Position numbers and translations under genes: made by a program | Shown here: piece after piece, positions 1-10,846 of the stretch | Layout of the letters: every line of letters begins with the position of its first letter | How positions within the stretch are numbered: position 1 is the stretch's first letter | Source: Acholeplasmataceae bacterium | Lineage (GTDB): Bacteria > Bacillota_I > Bacilli_A > Acholeplasmatales > Acholeplasmataceae | Direction: 5' to 3' | NCBI GenBank assembly: GCA_963678355.1 | Contig: OY782823.1 | Location: forward strand, 1,056,800 to 1,120,799 | Length of the DNA: 64,000 nt | Notes under the pieces: generated by a model | What the model was told of the DNA's origin: nothing | What the model saw: only the letters and a program-made list of their open reading frames with translations | Database searches by the model: none

Positions 1-1120
1 TTGTTTCAATTCTCATGATTTTAGCCATAAAATCAGTTAAATCATATTTTGACATATATTCACCAGCAGTGATAATTGTTTCATTTAATAATGCTTCAAT
101 TGATTGACTATATGTGTCTAATTTTAATTGAAGTGCTTGGTTTGCACTTTGTAATAAAGACTCTGTTGAAGCTGTTAAATTTCTTGCAGATACATTTGTA
201 ACTTCTTTGTTGTTAATATCAAACTTAACATGTCCAACATATTCACCATTTGCCCCAGATTGAACAATGTAACAAGTTTGTGAATTACGATAAACCGAAT
301 CAATATAATTTTGATGTGAATGTCCATTGAAAATGACATCAACATAATAATCACCCGTTAAGTTTGCAACTTCGTTATTATAACCGTTTGAGTCACCATG
401 TGAGATAGCAATTACAATATCAACATCTTCTTCAGTTCTTAAATAATGTGCATAGTATGATGTCCAATATCCTGGATCATCAAAATAATATGGATCAACC
501 ATAGCAGTTGCTATGCTATTTTCTAATCCTTCACCGACAACTCCGATAACGCCGACTTTTACGTCACCTTTTTCGATAACTGTATAAGCATCGACACCCT
601 CTGGTCGATCTGTAGTGCCATCATAGAAAACATTCGCACCTAAAAGTGGAAAATCTGCTTTAACATCCGATGCCACATCATCTCTAAAATATTTAGTAAC
701 AGTTTCTAATCCCCAATCAAACTCATGATTACCTAAAACAAACGCATCTAATTGCATATCGTTTAAAAGATCAATTGTAGATGCACCATCATAATAATTC
801 GATAATATATTGCCTTGCAGTATATCTCCACCAGTTAAAAATAAAGTTTCATCTGGATTTTCTTCTTTTTTAGTAAGCACTAGATTACCAATATTTGGTA
901 ATCCAATTTGATTGCCTGATGCACTTAATGCACCATGTGTATCATTTAAATAGTAAATATCCAAGTTATCTATTGTTGAGATTGGATTTGGATCATCAGG
1001 ATTTTCATTATTGTCAATTGGGTCATCATGACCATCAACTGGTAAAAGTCCTGTTTGGTTACATGCTACTAGTGAAAAGACTAATAATAAAGTTAAAAGA
1101 ATTGTTGCTATTTTTTTCAT
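1..1120 (-). CDS. Bifunctional metallophosphatase/5'-nucleotidase family lipoprotein, partial (C-terminus lies beyond window start)
   Basis: Minus-strand frame open from position 1 to ATG at 1120. N-terminus MKKIATILLTLLLVFSLVACNQ is a signal peptide plus lipobox. Calcineurin-like motifs are present (GNHEFD, GDxxxG). Confidence 0.7.
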   Translation of the reverse strand, partial: MKKIATILLTLLLVFSLVACNQTGLLPVDGHDDPIDNNENPDDPNPISTIDNLDIYYLNDTHGALSASGNQIGLPNIGNLVLTKKEENPDETLFLTGGDILQGNILSNYYDGASTIDLLNDMQLDAFVLGNHEFDWGLETVTKYFRDDVASDVKADFPLLGANVFYDGTTDRPEGVDAYTVIEKGDVKVGVIGVVGEGLENSIATAMVDPYYFDDPGYWTSYYAHYLRTEEDVDIVIAISHGDSNGYNNEVANLTGDYYVDVIFNGHSHQNYIDSVYRNSQTCYIVQSGANGEYVGHVKFDINNKEVTNVSARNLTASTESLLQSANQALQLKLDTYSQSIEALLNETIITAGEYMSKYDLTDFMAKIMRIET

Positions 1121-1212
1121 TGTTACATACCTACTTTCGCATTGATTATTATAACATATAGATGTTATAAAAGATATATCTATGCTATAATATCAAATGA
1201 TGAGGTGAACCC

Positions 1213-1782
1213 ATGAAAAAGAAACATTTATTATGGGAATTATTTATAACATTCTTTAAGATTGGCGCTGTTACTTTTGGTGGCGGTTATGCCATGATGC
1301 CTATTATGCATCGCGAAGTTGTTGATAAAAAACATTGGGTTGAAGATGATGACGTATTAAAAATGCTCGTGATATCAGAATCAACACCTGGTGTATTCGC
1401 AATTAACGCTGCAACTTTTATCGGTTATAAAATCGGTAAATTTAAAGGTGCATTGGTTGCTACTTTAGGCGTAATAATTCCTTCCTTTATAACCATTTCA
1501 ATCATTACTTTAGTCTTAGAGTGGTTTGAAAATTACGAACCTGTTCAATATGCTTTAAGAGGCATTCAAGTTGGTGCTGCAATAATAATCTTTAGCGCAG
1601 CCATAAGACTTTCAAGAAAAATTAAATTTAATCTACTAGCAATCATTGTTTTAATCATAGCTTTCGCACTTGCGATATTTACAAGTTTTAGTGTGATCTA
1701 TATTATCATATGTGCTGCGCTTTTAGGTATTATCATAGGTTTTATTGGAAGTTATAGAAAAGCAGGTGAATTAAATGATTAA
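1213..1782 (+). CDS. Chromate transporter ChrA-family protein, N-terminal-half homologue of a split pair
   Basis: FGGGYAMMPIM motif typical of the ChrA/CHR family. Multi-TM, 189 aa. Overlaps the next gene by 8 nt. Confidence 0.75.
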   Translation: MKKKHLLWELFITFFKIGAVTFGGGYAMMPIMHREVVDKKHWVEDDDVLKMLVISESTPGVFAINAATFIGYKIGKFKGALVATLGVIIPSFITISIITLVLEWFENYEPVQYALRGIQVGAAIIIFSAAIRLSRKIKFNLLAIIVLIIAFALAIFTSFSVIYIIICAALLGIIIGFIGSYRKAGELND

Positions 1783-2350
1783 TTTACTTAGACTTTTATG
1801 GATGTTCTTTAAAATAGGCTTATTCACCTTTGGTGGTGGTGCAGCAATGATTCCTTTAATCAGAGAATCATTGTTAAACGGTGGTTATGATATATCAACA
1901 GATCTTCTAGATCAATTAGTTGGACTTGCACAATCGACACCTGGACCTATCGCTGTTAATCTTGCAACATATATCGGCATGAGTCAATACGGCATCTTAG
2001 GTGCTATTTTCGCAACTTTCGGTGTTGTGCTTCCATCTTTTATCATTATTTTGATTATCGCAAAATTTGGTAGTAACGTTATTGAATCCAAGTGGGCGAA
2101 GCATGCGTTTACAACTCTAAAACCAGCAGTTATCGGCCTTATCTTAAGTGTTGCATTAACCATGACGTTAAGAAATATATTTCCGGCAATGAATTTATCC
2201 GTTTTACATTTTGATTTTTTAATTAATTACCAATCACTTAGCATCTTTTTACTATTGATTGGTACAATGCTTATATTTAGAAAGATATCGCCTATACAAT
2301 TGATTCTCTTATCAGCTGTTTATGGCGTTGTTGTCTACTATATTTTCTAG
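1775..2350 (+). CDS. Chromate transporter ChrA-family protein, second half of the split pair
   Basis: FGGGAAMIPLI motif. Paralogous to the upstream ORF, as in the B. subtilis ywrA/ywrB arrangement. Confidence 0.75.
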   Translation: MINLLRLLWMFFKIGLFTFGGGAAMIPLIRESLLNGGYDISTDLLDQLVGLAQSTPGPIAVNLATYIGMSQYGILGAIFATFGVVLPSFIIILIIAKFGSNVIESKWAKHAFTTLKPAVIGLILSVALTMTLRNIFPAMNLSVLHFDFLINYQSLSIFLLLIGTMLIFRKISPIQLILLSAVYGVVVYYIF

Positions 2351-2359
2351 GGAGAAACT

Positions 2360-3115
2360 ATGAAAGATTTAACATGGATTAAAGAGAATGATATTGCGCA
2401 TCGTGGCTTACACACCAAAGATCTCAGTGTGCCCGAAAATTCACTTTTAGCGTTTGAAAAAGCCATTGAAAAAGGATATAGCATAGAGCTTGATCTCAAT
2501 ATGCTAAAAGATGGTACTATTGTTGTAGTTCACGATTTTAATTTAAAACGCCTAACTGGTCTTAATAAAAAAGTAAATGAACTTAACTATGAAGATATTA
2601 AGGATTTACGTTTACATAACACAGCAGAAAAAATTCCCACTTTAAAAGAAGTTTTAAACCTCGTTAATGGCCGTGTACCACTCCTTATAGAGCTTAAACC
2701 TTTTGGTCATATTCCAAACTTTTGTTATAACTTCTACCAAGAAATGCTTGAATATGAAGGCAAATGGGCTGTGTTCTCGTTTAATCCAGCTGTTGTCAGA
2801 TGGTTTAAAAAACATCAACCACAAATCATTAGAGGTCAAATATCAAAGTTTTTTGTCAAAGATGATCATATTATTTGGCCAGTTTCACATATATTAAAAG
2901 CTATGTATTTAAATCATTTCACTAAACCAGATTTCATTAGTTATCATGTTCACGATATGCCGAATAAATATATAGATAAATATAAGAAAAAAGGGCTCGC
3001 TATTATAAGTTTTGCAGCCCGTAATCAAGATGAGTTAGATTTTGTTAGAACCCATTATGATAATGTTGTATTTGAATATTTCATACCAAAAAATAAGGAT
3101 TCAGTCTCAGACTGA
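2360..3115 (+). CDS. Glycerophosphodiester phosphodiesterase (GDPD) family protein
   Basis: N-terminal HRG...ENS...AF motifs and E..DL..MLKDGTIVVVHD, characteristic of GDPD. TGA stop. Confidence 0.8.
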   Translation: MKDLTWIKENDIAHRGLHTKDLSVPENSLLAFEKAIEKGYSIELDLNMLKDGTIVVVHDFNLKRLTGLNKKVNELNYEDIKDLRLHNTAEKIPTLKEVLNLVNGRVPLLIELKPFGHIPNFCYNFYQEMLEYEGKWAVFSFNPAVVRWFKKHQPQIIRGQISKFFVKDDHIIWPVSHILKAMYLNHFTKPDFISYHVHDMPNKYIDKYKKKGLAIISFAARNQDELDFVRTHYDNVVFEYFIPKNKDSVSD

Positions 3116-3126
3116 ACCCTTTTTTA

Positions 3127-4746
3127 TTAATCCATATCAACATCAAAACTTTCAAGAATACTCTTATTTTCCAAATGTACTGGATCACCATGCTTCGTAA
3201 AGAACATTGTGATAAAGCTTGCTGCAACAAATAGCGCTGCATAAGGGAATAATACCAATCTTGTTCTAAATACATAGTCCATAAATACACCTGATAAAAT
3301 TGGTGTTAAAATTTGTGCCCCCATAGAAAATGCATAATAATAACCTGTATATTTACCAACATTTGAACCCTTAGCAAGTTCTACAACCATTGGATATGAG
3401 TTAACGTTAATTGTTGCCCAACCTACACCTGTTAATCCGAAGATAATATACATGATCCAACCCGTTTGTTCGTTTACAAATGATGCTGAACCAAAACATA
3501 AAGTAAGTAATACAATACCAATTAATATTGATTTTTTACGACCAATTTTAGTTGATAATATACCTATTGGAATAAACGCTATAATTGCTGTTACGTTTGC
3601 AACCAACAGTGGCATCGTAAATGATTCAAGTTGAAGTACATGTGGTACATAATCAGATACTTTTGAAATGACTGCATTGTAGCCCATAAACCATAAGAAT
3701 ACAGAAGATAGAATAAGAATTAACGATAATCTCTTATCTTTAGAAAGTTTGCCCATATCATGAGTACCTTCTTCATCTTCATCTTCTTCTAAGTTTAACT
3801 CTCTTTCTAATAGGACTTTTTCATGAACGAGTTTAGGTTCATTAACAGTAAGTAAGAATATACCTAATACAATAAGCATAATGACACCGACAATGATAAA
3901 TGCTAATGTATAGTGTACATATGATCTACCTGATAATCTTAATACAGTAAGTAAAATGAGTGAGGTTGTCCCAGCAGCTGCCCCCATAAGATTTATGACT
4001 GCATTTGCCTTACTTCTTAGTGGTTTAATAGTCACATCAGGCATTAATGATACTGCAGGTGATCTAAAAACAGACATTGCAACTAATGCAATTAATAAAA
4101 CAACAACAAATATAATAAAGTTTGCTGGGTTAGAAACAGTTTCTTCCCACGCAAGTGTAGATAGATATGTTTGATAGTAATCGTTTAAATATGCTAAATT
4201 ACCAACAGTAAGCTCACTTGAACCATTTTCATCTAAGACTTGGTTAATTTGATCATATGTATTTTCTAAAAATCTATCATATGAGGCTTGACTGATAAGT
4301 TCTTGTTCAAGTTTATCAGTTCTCTCGGTATCCATTTGATCAAGCAATCCATACCAGTAAGCTTCACTTAATTTTTCTTCACTGTCTCTATTATTATCAT
4401 AGAGTTCTACGATATTGGATGATGAATTGTTTACTAGATTTGTTTGATAACTATCCATGTAAGATAGCCCCATGAAAGCAAATGCAGCGATCACAGTACC
4501 TACGATAATAAATGGTGTTCTTCGTCCTTTTTTCGCATTAGAACGATCGGATAAGGCTCCAAATAATGGAAGCATAAATAAGGCTAGAATATTATCAAGT
4601 GCCATCACAACACCGGATGCTGTTTGATTTAACCCAAATTTATCAATCATAATTTTGGCAATAATATTATCATAAGTTTGCCAAAAAATGGTAATAATGA
4701 AAAAAGCTAAACCAACAAAAAATATCTTTTTGTAATTTAATTTCAT
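3127..4746 (-). CDS. MFS transporter (GPH/sugar-cation symporter-like) with a large central hydrophilic loop
   Basis: 12-TM-like hydrophobic profile. Start chosen at MKLNYKK, which is preceded by a GGAG RBS. The longer ORF start at 4818 lacks an RBS. Confidence 0.65.
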   Translation of the reverse strand: MKLNYKKIFFVGLAFFIITIFWQTYDNIIAKIMIDKFGLNQTASGVVMALDNILALFMLPLFGALSDRSNAKKGRRTPFIIVGTVIAAFAFMGLSYMDSYQTNLVNNSSSNIVELYDNNRDSEEKLSEAYWYGLLDQMDTERTDKLEQELISQASYDRFLENTYDQINQVLDENGSSELTVGNLAYLNDYYQTYLSTLAWEETVSNPANFIIFVVVLLIALVAMSVFRSPAVSLMPDVTIKPLRSKANAVINLMGAAAGTTSLILLTVLRLSGRSYVHYTLAFIIVGVIMLIVLGIFLLTVNEPKLVHEKVLLERELNLEEDEDEEGTHDMGKLSKDKRLSLILILSSVFLWFMGYNAVISKVSDYVPHVLQLESFTMPLLVANVTAIIAFIPIGILSTKIGRKKSILIGIVLLTLCFGSASFVNEQTGWIMYIIFGLTGVGWATINVNSYPMVVELAKGSNVGKYTGYYYAFSMGAQILTPILSGVFMDYVFRTRLVLFPYAALFVAASFITMFFTKHGDPVHLENKSILESFDVDMD

Positions 4747-4851
4747 ACGATCTCCTATAAAGTTATTATTTAAAAATAGTATAACATGAATATTTTTAAT
4801 TATTGGTTTGATTTTCAAAAAGATTACAAAAAAAAGGAAGAAATCTTCCTT

Positions 4852-5277
4852 TTAGTCTTTAAATAGTTCTAGATACTTCTCATATCCTTCTTTTTTTAAA
4901 TTTTCTTTAGGTATAAAGCGTAATGCAGCAGAATTAATACAATATCTATAGCCCCCTAATTCTAGTGGTCCATCAGTAAATAAATGTCCTAAATGGCTAT
5001 CGGCTTTTTTACTTCTAACTTCTGTTCTAACCATAAAGTGACTTTTATCCATTTTGGTTTCTACAGGTTCTAAAGATTTTGCAAAACTCGGCCAGCCACA
5101 ACTGCTATCAAATTTATCTTTACTAGAAAATAATGGTTCACCAGACACAATATCGACATAGATACCTTCTCTATGGTCATCCCAAAACTCATTTTGAAAA
5201 GGTCGTTCAGTACCATTTTCTTGAGTGACGTGATATTGAATTGGTGTTAATTTATTTTTTAATTCTTTTTTATCCAT
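4852..5277 (-). CDS. msrB: Peptide-methionine (R)-S-oxide reductase MsrB
   Basis: CGWPSF and RYCINSAAL motifs of the SelR/MsrB family. 141 aa. Confidence 0.9.
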   Translation of the reverse strand: MDKKELKNKLTPIQYHVTQENGTERPFQNEFWDDHREGIYVDIVSGEPLFSSKDKFDSSCGWPSFAKSLEPVETKMDKSHFMVRTEVRSKKADSHLGHLFTDGPLELGGYRYCINSAALRFIPKENLKKEGYEKYLELFKD

Positions 5278-5326
5278 GATATCCTCACCTCAATATGAGC
5301 ATATCACATTCCAAAATTTTAGACAC

Positions 5327-5827
5327 TTATTTTGCAAATCGATGTGCAAGTGAACTTGCAGCTGCTGCAGCGATTGCACCAACGATATCATCAATAAACG
5401 TATAACACTTATTAGGTTTTTTACCTTCTTCATCTAACTTTTTAATGATGCCATGTTTTACTTTATCAACATATCCAAAGTTAGTAAATCCAATAGAACC
5501 ATAGACATTAACAATGGATAACGCCATAATTTCATCAATACCATATAATCCATAATCGTTTAGCAACATAGATTGTAGAGGTTCTTGAAGAAGACCTTCT
5601 TCTGCCAACCTATCAAGTTCTAATCCAGTTAATGCAGCATGTTGAACTTCTCTTTTCATCATCACTTTATCGACATGTTCAATACACAATTCAAGTGTTA
5701 ACTCAGGAATGTATTTCTTTTGTAAATCTAATGTGATTTCTGCGATGTCTTTTAAAGTAACACCACGTTCTCTAAATCTATCAATAATAATTTGATAATG
5801 CTCGCTTTTATCTATTTTATTTTTCAT
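5327..5827 (-). CDS. Phosphatidylglycerophosphatase A-like (PgpA/YutG family) protein
   Basis: 166 aa. C-terminal TFIDDIVGAIAAAAASSL resembles the PgpA signature. Confidence 0.55.
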   Translation of the reverse strand: MKNKIDKSEHYQIIIDRFRERGVTLKDIAEITLDLQKKYIPELTLELCIEHVDKVMMKREVQHAALTGLELDRLAEEGLLQEPLQSMLLNDYGLYGIDEIMALSIVNVYGSIGFTNFGYVDKVKHGIIKKLDEEGKKPNKCYTFIDDIVGAIAAAAASSLAHRFAK

Positions 5828-5967
5828 TTTTGATCATCTCCTAAAAATGAGTGTATTTCAATTATACAACTTTTCATTCAAAAGTAAAATAAATACTCAT
5901 ATCACTTTTTGCCTACCAACCGATATATCTTTGATATATGTTATAATATCAATATTGGGAGGTTCTT

Positions 5968-7182
5968 ATGACAAACATTAAAGTATATTCAGAAATAGGA
6001 AAGTTGAACAAAGTTTTAGTTCATAAACCTGGAAATGAATTATTACATCTTACACCAGAATGGTTATCAGATTTATTATTTGATGATATTCCTTGGTTAG
6101 AAAAAGCTCAAGAAGAACATGATACATTTAAAGCAATCATGGAACAACACAACATTGAAGTGGTTGAACTCATTGATCTAGTTGTTGAGAGTTTACAAAC
6201 TAAAGAAGCCTTATCTTCTTTTATCAATCAATTTTTGGATGAATCCTTAATTGAAAATACGCTGACAAGAAAAAAAATTATAACTTATTTCAAACAATTA
6301 AGTATAAAAGAAATTGTTGAGAAAACAATGTCAGGAATTCTTAAAGCAGATTTAAAACCTTATAAAAAAACGCAGTTAAAAGATTATATTGAAGATTATC
6401 CATTTATCACTGATCCAATGCCTAATCTATACTTTACTAGAGATCCTTTTACAATCATGGGAGAACACATGAGTCTTCATCACATGGAAAAAAAGGCTCG
6501 CAAGAGAGAATCAATTTATGGTGAATATATCTATTATTACCATAAAGATTTTAAAGATTTAACATTATCTTACAGAAGAAATGATTCTTTTTCAATTGAA
6601 GGCGGAGACATCTTAAACATCAATGAAAAATTATTAATGATCGGACTGAGTGAACGTACAGAACCAGAAGCTATTGAAAAGATTGCTAAGTATATGCTAA
6701 CTCATTCATCATATAAAATGGTGCTTGCAGTACTTCTTCCAAAGAAACGCACTTTTATGCATTTAGATACAGTTTTTACTCAGTTAGATACAGATAAATT
6801 CATAATTCACCCTGAATTTCTAAATATTTTAAGTATTTATGAAATATTTTTGTCAGAATCTGATAAAAACAAAGTAAATATTAAAGAAACAAAAACAACT
6901 ATAAAACGCAGTTTAAGAAAACATTTAAACCAAGATGTTACACTAATTCCTTGTGGAGGACATAATCTTTTATCTGCTGATCGTGAGCAATGGAACGATG
7001 GTGCAAATGTATTTGCTATTGCACCTGGAACTGTTATTGCATATGAGCGAAACGCTTTAACAAATAAAAAACTTGAAGCTCATGGTATTAAAGTAATTAC
7101 CATTCCTTCAAGCGAGTTATCTAGAGGCCGAGGTGGTCCTAGATGTATGACAATGCCCCTTAATAGAGACTTATTAAAATAA
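5968..7182 (+). CDS. arcA: Arginine deiminase
   Basis: 404 aa. N-terminus KVYSEIGKL..LVHKPG and C-terminus GGPRCMTMP (catalytic Cys) are typical ArcA. No arcB/arcC/arcD adjacent. Confidence 0.9.
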   Translation: MTNIKVYSEIGKLNKVLVHKPGNELLHLTPEWLSDLLFDDIPWLEKAQEEHDTFKAIMEQHNIEVVELIDLVVESLQTKEALSSFINQFLDESLIENTLTRKKIITYFKQLSIKEIVEKTMSGILKADLKPYKKTQLKDYIEDYPFITDPMPNLYFTRDPFTIMGEHMSLHHMEKKARKRESIYGEYIYYYHKDFKDLTLSYRRNDSFSIEGGDILNINEKLLMIGLSERTEPEAIEKIAKYMLTHSSYKMVLAVLLPKKRTFMHLDTVFTQLDTDKFIIHPEFLNILSIYEIFLSESDKNKVNIKETKTTIKRSLRKHLNQDVTLIPCGGHNLLSADREQWNDGANVFAIAPGTVIAYERNALTNKKLEAHGIKVITIPSSELSRGRGGPRCMTMPLNRDLLK

Positions 7183-7187
7183 AAAAA

Positions 7188-7226
7188 GAGCTCTCACGCC
7201 TTGGGGGGGAATGAAGCGTGAGAGCG
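7188..7226 (-). terminator. GC-rich hairpin (gctctcacgc...gcgtgagagc) whose U-tract lies on the minus strand
   Basis: 10-bp perfect stem. A7 run precedes it on plus, which gives a U7 tract after the hairpin on minus. It terminates minus-strand transcription efficiently and plus-strand (arcA) transcription poorly. Confidence 0.5.
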
Positions 7227-7451
7227 AAGGAAAGTTGCTATTCGAAAAAAGTGAGTAGCAACATAATGTATTATACATTAGGTATTTCATATAGTCAATT
7301 CATTTAACTATCATTATAACCTTTTGTATTAAAATACACATATATGTATACTAAATATACTATAATTAATTATATCCCTTAAGTCTTCATATTATTTTTC
7401 ATTTTTTTAACCAAGATTTAGCAATATTTTATATAAACACACGGAGGGTTC

Positions 7452-10127
7452 ATGGAAACAAAACAAACATATCAACTAGATATTGATGAAGTTGTAAATT
7501 CACTCTCATCAGATATCGAAAATGGTCTTAGCGAAAGTAAAGCTACAAAATTATTAGAAGAAAATGGATTAAACGAATTAGTTGCAGCAAAGAAGCGACC
7601 TTGGATTTTAAAATTCTTTGACCAAATCAATGACTTTATGATCTACGTTTTATTCTTTGCGTCTATCATTTCATTTGTGACTCACGAAACTGCTGAAGGT
7701 TTTTTGATTCTTGCAATTATTATCATTAATGCATTACTCGGATTATTCCAAGAAGCTAGAGCAGAGAAGGCGCTTGAATCCATTAAAGCGATGAGTTCAC
7801 CACAAACAAAAGTATTACGAGATGGTGTTGAAAAAATTGTTGACGCAAAACAGATTTGTGTTGGTGACATTATTATTTTGGATGCTGGTGACTATATACC
7901 TGCTGATGTGAGATTAGTTGAAGCAATCAATTTAAAAGTTGATGAATCAGCACTTACAGGTGAAGCTGTACCAGTTTTAAAAAACACTGATGTTATATCA
8001 TCAGATCACGTTGCATTAGGTGATCGTAAAAACTTAGGTTACATGGGTACAGTGGTTACTTATGGTAGAGGAAAAGCGATTGTTACTTCTACTGGTATGA
8101 AAACAGAACTTGGTAAGATTGCTACGATGCTCGATGAAACATCAAATGAGGCTACACCGCTTCAAAAGAGTATGGGTCAACTTGGTAAAACACTAGCCAT
8201 TATTGCTTTAGGTATTACATTTGTTATTTTCCTAATTTCAATTGTAGAAGCTCTAATTGTTGATGGTACTGTTACTTTTAATATATTTACAGAAGCTCTA
8301 TTAACTTCTATTGCATTAGCAGTTGCTGCAATCCCTGAAGGTCTACCAGCAATTATTACCATCGTCTTAGCACTTGGTATGCAAAACCTTGTTAGACAAC
8401 AAGCAATTATTAGAACATTACCTGCTGTAGAAACACTTGGTTCTACAAGTATTATCTGTTCAGATAAAACAGGTACTTTAACACAAAATCTAATGACTGT
8501 AACACATGTTTATACTGCTTCTGGTGATTATTTGCTTGAAAATAAGAAAAAACCAAATCAAGAAATATTAGATTTAATGACTTATGGTGTCTTATGTAAT
8601 GATACAAAAGTTAATATGCAAGATGATACTTATGTTAAAATTGGTGATCCAACAGAAATAGCATTTGTTGATTTAGCCATTGCACTTGATCATAATCCTA
8701 TAAAGATTTTTGATGATAATACGCGTATTTATGAATTACCTTTTGATTCAGATAGAAAACTTATGACGACTGTTCATGATTTTAAAGACGGACGTTATGC
8801 AGTGATCAAAGGTGCCCCTGATGTCGTATTCAAAAAATCAACTGATATTCACTTTGGTGATATTAAAGAAATTGGTAAGTTTAGTGATGCTAATCAAAAC
8901 ATGGCGAATCAAGCACTACGTGTTCTTGCTGTAGCATTTAAGAAAATCGATGCTTCTATCCCATTAGAAGACCTTGATAATAACATTTTAGAAAATGATC
9001 TCACCCTTGTCGGTTTAGTTGGTATGATTGACCCTGCAAGAGATGAAGTTAAAGATTCCATCGCGCTATGTAAATCTGCTGGTATTAAAACAATTATGAT
9101 CACGGGTGATCATATTAATACAGCGGTTGCGATTGCTAAAAAACTTCACATACTATCAGAAGGTGAACTTGCAATCACCGGTCATGATCTCGATCAATTA
9201 GATGATCAAGCATTTAGTGATCAATTAGAATCAATTAGCGTATATGCCCGTGTCTCACCTGAACATAAAGTAAGAATTGTTGAAGCATGGAAAGCCCATG
9301 ATAAAGTAGTTGCAATGACTGGTGATGGTGTTAATGATGCGCCTTCTATCAAAAAAGCTGATATTGGTATCGCCATGGGTATTACAGGCACTGAAGTTGC
9401 CAAAGGTGCAGCTGATATGATTTTAACTGATGATAATTTTTCTACCATTGTTAATGCTGTTAGTGAAGGCAGAAGAATTTTTGCTAATATTAAAAAATCA
9501 ATTCACTTCTTATTAAGTTGTAATATCGGTGAAATTCTAACGATATTCCTTGGTACTTCACTTGGTATATTATTGTTTGGTGGACGAGTAACAACACTTA
9601 CTGCAGTCCAAATATTATGGGTAAATCTTGTTACTGATTCACTGATTGCGATTGCGTTGGGTCTTGAACATAGAGAACCTGATATTATGAATCATCCCCC
9701 AAGGGATGTCAAAAAATCAATCTTTGCTGATGGTTTTGGTAGACTTATTGCACTTCAAGGTTTAATGATTGGTCTTATTTCATTTGCCGCATATTTTATC
9801 GGATGGCATACTGCTGAAGCTGGTTATGAAGAAATTACAGCAGAGACACTTACTTTCATCGTCTTAGCACTTTCTCAACTTATCCATGGTTTTAATGTGC
9901 GCTCTAAAGATAAATCTACATTTAGTTTAAAACCAAACAAATTTATGATTTACGCATTTATAGCAAGTGCAACATTACAGTTACTTGTTGTGTTCATTCC
10001 ATTTGCTAGAAATATCTTTGGTATCATATTACCTTCATTAAATCAATGGATGATCATGATTGGTCTAATCTTACTACCTCTCATTATTGTAGAAATAACA
10101 AAATTATTCAAAATAAAAAGAGCCTAA
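7452..10127 (+). CDS. Calcium-translocating P-type ATPase (PMCA/SERCA-like, P2 type)
   Basis: 891 aa. CSDKTGTLT phosphorylation motif, TGDGVNDAPS hinge motif, PEGLP. Confidence 0.85.
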   Translation: METKQTYQLDIDEVVNSLSSDIENGLSESKATKLLEENGLNELVAAKKRPWILKFFDQINDFMIYVLFFASIISFVTHETAEGFLILAIIIINALLGLFQEARAEKALESIKAMSSPQTKVLRDGVEKIVDAKQICVGDIIILDAGDYIPADVRLVEAINLKVDESALTGEAVPVLKNTDVISSDHVALGDRKNLGYMGTVVTYGRGKAIVTSTGMKTELGKIATMLDETSNEATPLQKSMGQLGKTLAIIALGITFVIFLISIVEALIVDGTVTFNIFTEALLTSIALAVAAIPEGLPAIITIVLALGMQNLVRQQAIIRTLPAVETLGSTSIICSDKTGTLTQNLMTVTHVYTASGDYLLENKKKPNQEILDLMTYGVLCNDTKVNMQDDTYVKIGDPTEIAFVDLAIALDHNPIKIFDDNTRIYELPFDSDRKLMTTVHDFKDGRYAVIKGAPDVVFKKSTDIHFGDIKEIGKFSDANQNMANQALRVLAVAFKKIDASIPLEDLDNNILENDLTLVGLVGMIDPARDEVKDSIALCKSAGIKTIMITGDHINTAVAIAKKLHILSEGELAITGHDLDQLDDQAFSDQLESISVYARVSPEHKVRIVEAWKAHDKVVAMTGDGVNDAPSIKKADIGIAMGITGTEVAKGAADMILTDDNFSTIVNAVSEGRRIFANIKKSIHFLLSCNIGEILTIFLGTSLGILLFGGRVTTLTAVQILWVNLVTDSLIAIALGLEHREPDIMNHPPRDVKKSIFADGFGRLIALQGLMIGLISFAAYFIGWHTAEAGYEEITAETLTFIVLALSQLIHGFNVRSKDKSTFSLKPNKFMIYAFIASATLQLLVVFIPFARNIFGIILPSLNQWMIMIGLILLPLIIVEITKLFKIKRA

Positions 10128-10137
10128 GGCTCTTTTT

Positions 10138-10845
10138 TTATGTCGTTAAATAAGCTTCAATAAGTTTTGGATCATTTAATAATTGTTCAGATTCTCCTTC
10201 TGCTACAATTAATCCTGTTTCCAAAACATAACCATAATCAGATATTTCTAGTGCACGCTTTGCATTTTGTTCAACAAGTAAAATAGTTGTGCCTTCTTCT
10301 TTATTAATCTTTTGAATAATATTGAAAATCTGATCAACTAACAGTGGTGCAAGTCCCATTGAGGGTTCATCAAGTAACATAATCTTAGGTCTGCTCATTA
10401 ATGCTCTTCCCATCGCGAGCATTTGTTGCTCACCTCCAGAAAGTGTGCCGGCTACTTGATTTTTTCTCTCTTCAAGTCTTGGAAAATAATCAAAAACCAT
10501 TCGAATGTCTTTCTTAATTTCTCTTCGACCTTTTCTAACAAAAGCACCCATCATAAGATTATCCATTACTGTTAAATCAGGAAAAACTCTTCTGCCTTCA
10601 GGAACTTGAGATATACCTTCTTTCACCACATGATGAGCATGTAGTTTATCTGTCGGCTGTCCATTAAAATAAATGGCTTCCTTACTATGGTCTATAAGAT
10701 TTGAAATGGATTTTAAAATGGATGATTTCCCAGCGCCATTAGCGCCTATCAAGGTAACTATAGATCCTTCTTCAACATCAAATGATACACCTTTGACTGC
10801 ATGGATTGAGTCATAATATACATGTAAATCTTCTACTTTTAACAT
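10138..10845 (-). CDS. livF: Branched-chain amino acid ABC transporter ATP-binding protein LivF
   Basis: Walker A GANGAGKSS, LSGGEQQ signature. Last gene of the liv operon. Confidence 0.8.
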   Translation of the reverse strand: MLKVEDLHVYYDSIHAVKGVSFDVEEGSIVTLIGANGAGKSSILKSISNLIDHSKEAIYFNGQPTDKLHAHHVVKEGISQVPEGRRVFPDLTVMDNLMMGAFVRKGRREIKKDIRMVFDYFPRLEERKNQVAGTLSGGEQQMLAMGRALMSRPKIMLLDEPSMGLAPLLVDQIFNIIQKINKEEGTTILLVEQNAKRALEISDYGYVLETGLIVAEGESEQLLNDPKLIEAYLTT

Positions 10846-10846
10846 A

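Noticed and set aside
895-1161. 88-aa plus-strand ORF
   Set aside because: Lies entirely within, and antisense to, the well-supported 5'-nucleotidase lipoprotein gene. Composition is biased and there is no RBS.
2654-2897. Two short ORFs (61 and 64 aa) inside the GDPD gene
   Set aside because: Overlap a confidently assigned CDS in alternative frames. Typical AT-rich frame noise.
7188-7260. Hairpin as the arcA intrinsic terminator on the plus strand
   Set aside because: No U-tract follows the hairpin on the plus strand; the poly-A precedes it. It is reported instead as a minus-oriented terminator of uncertain function.
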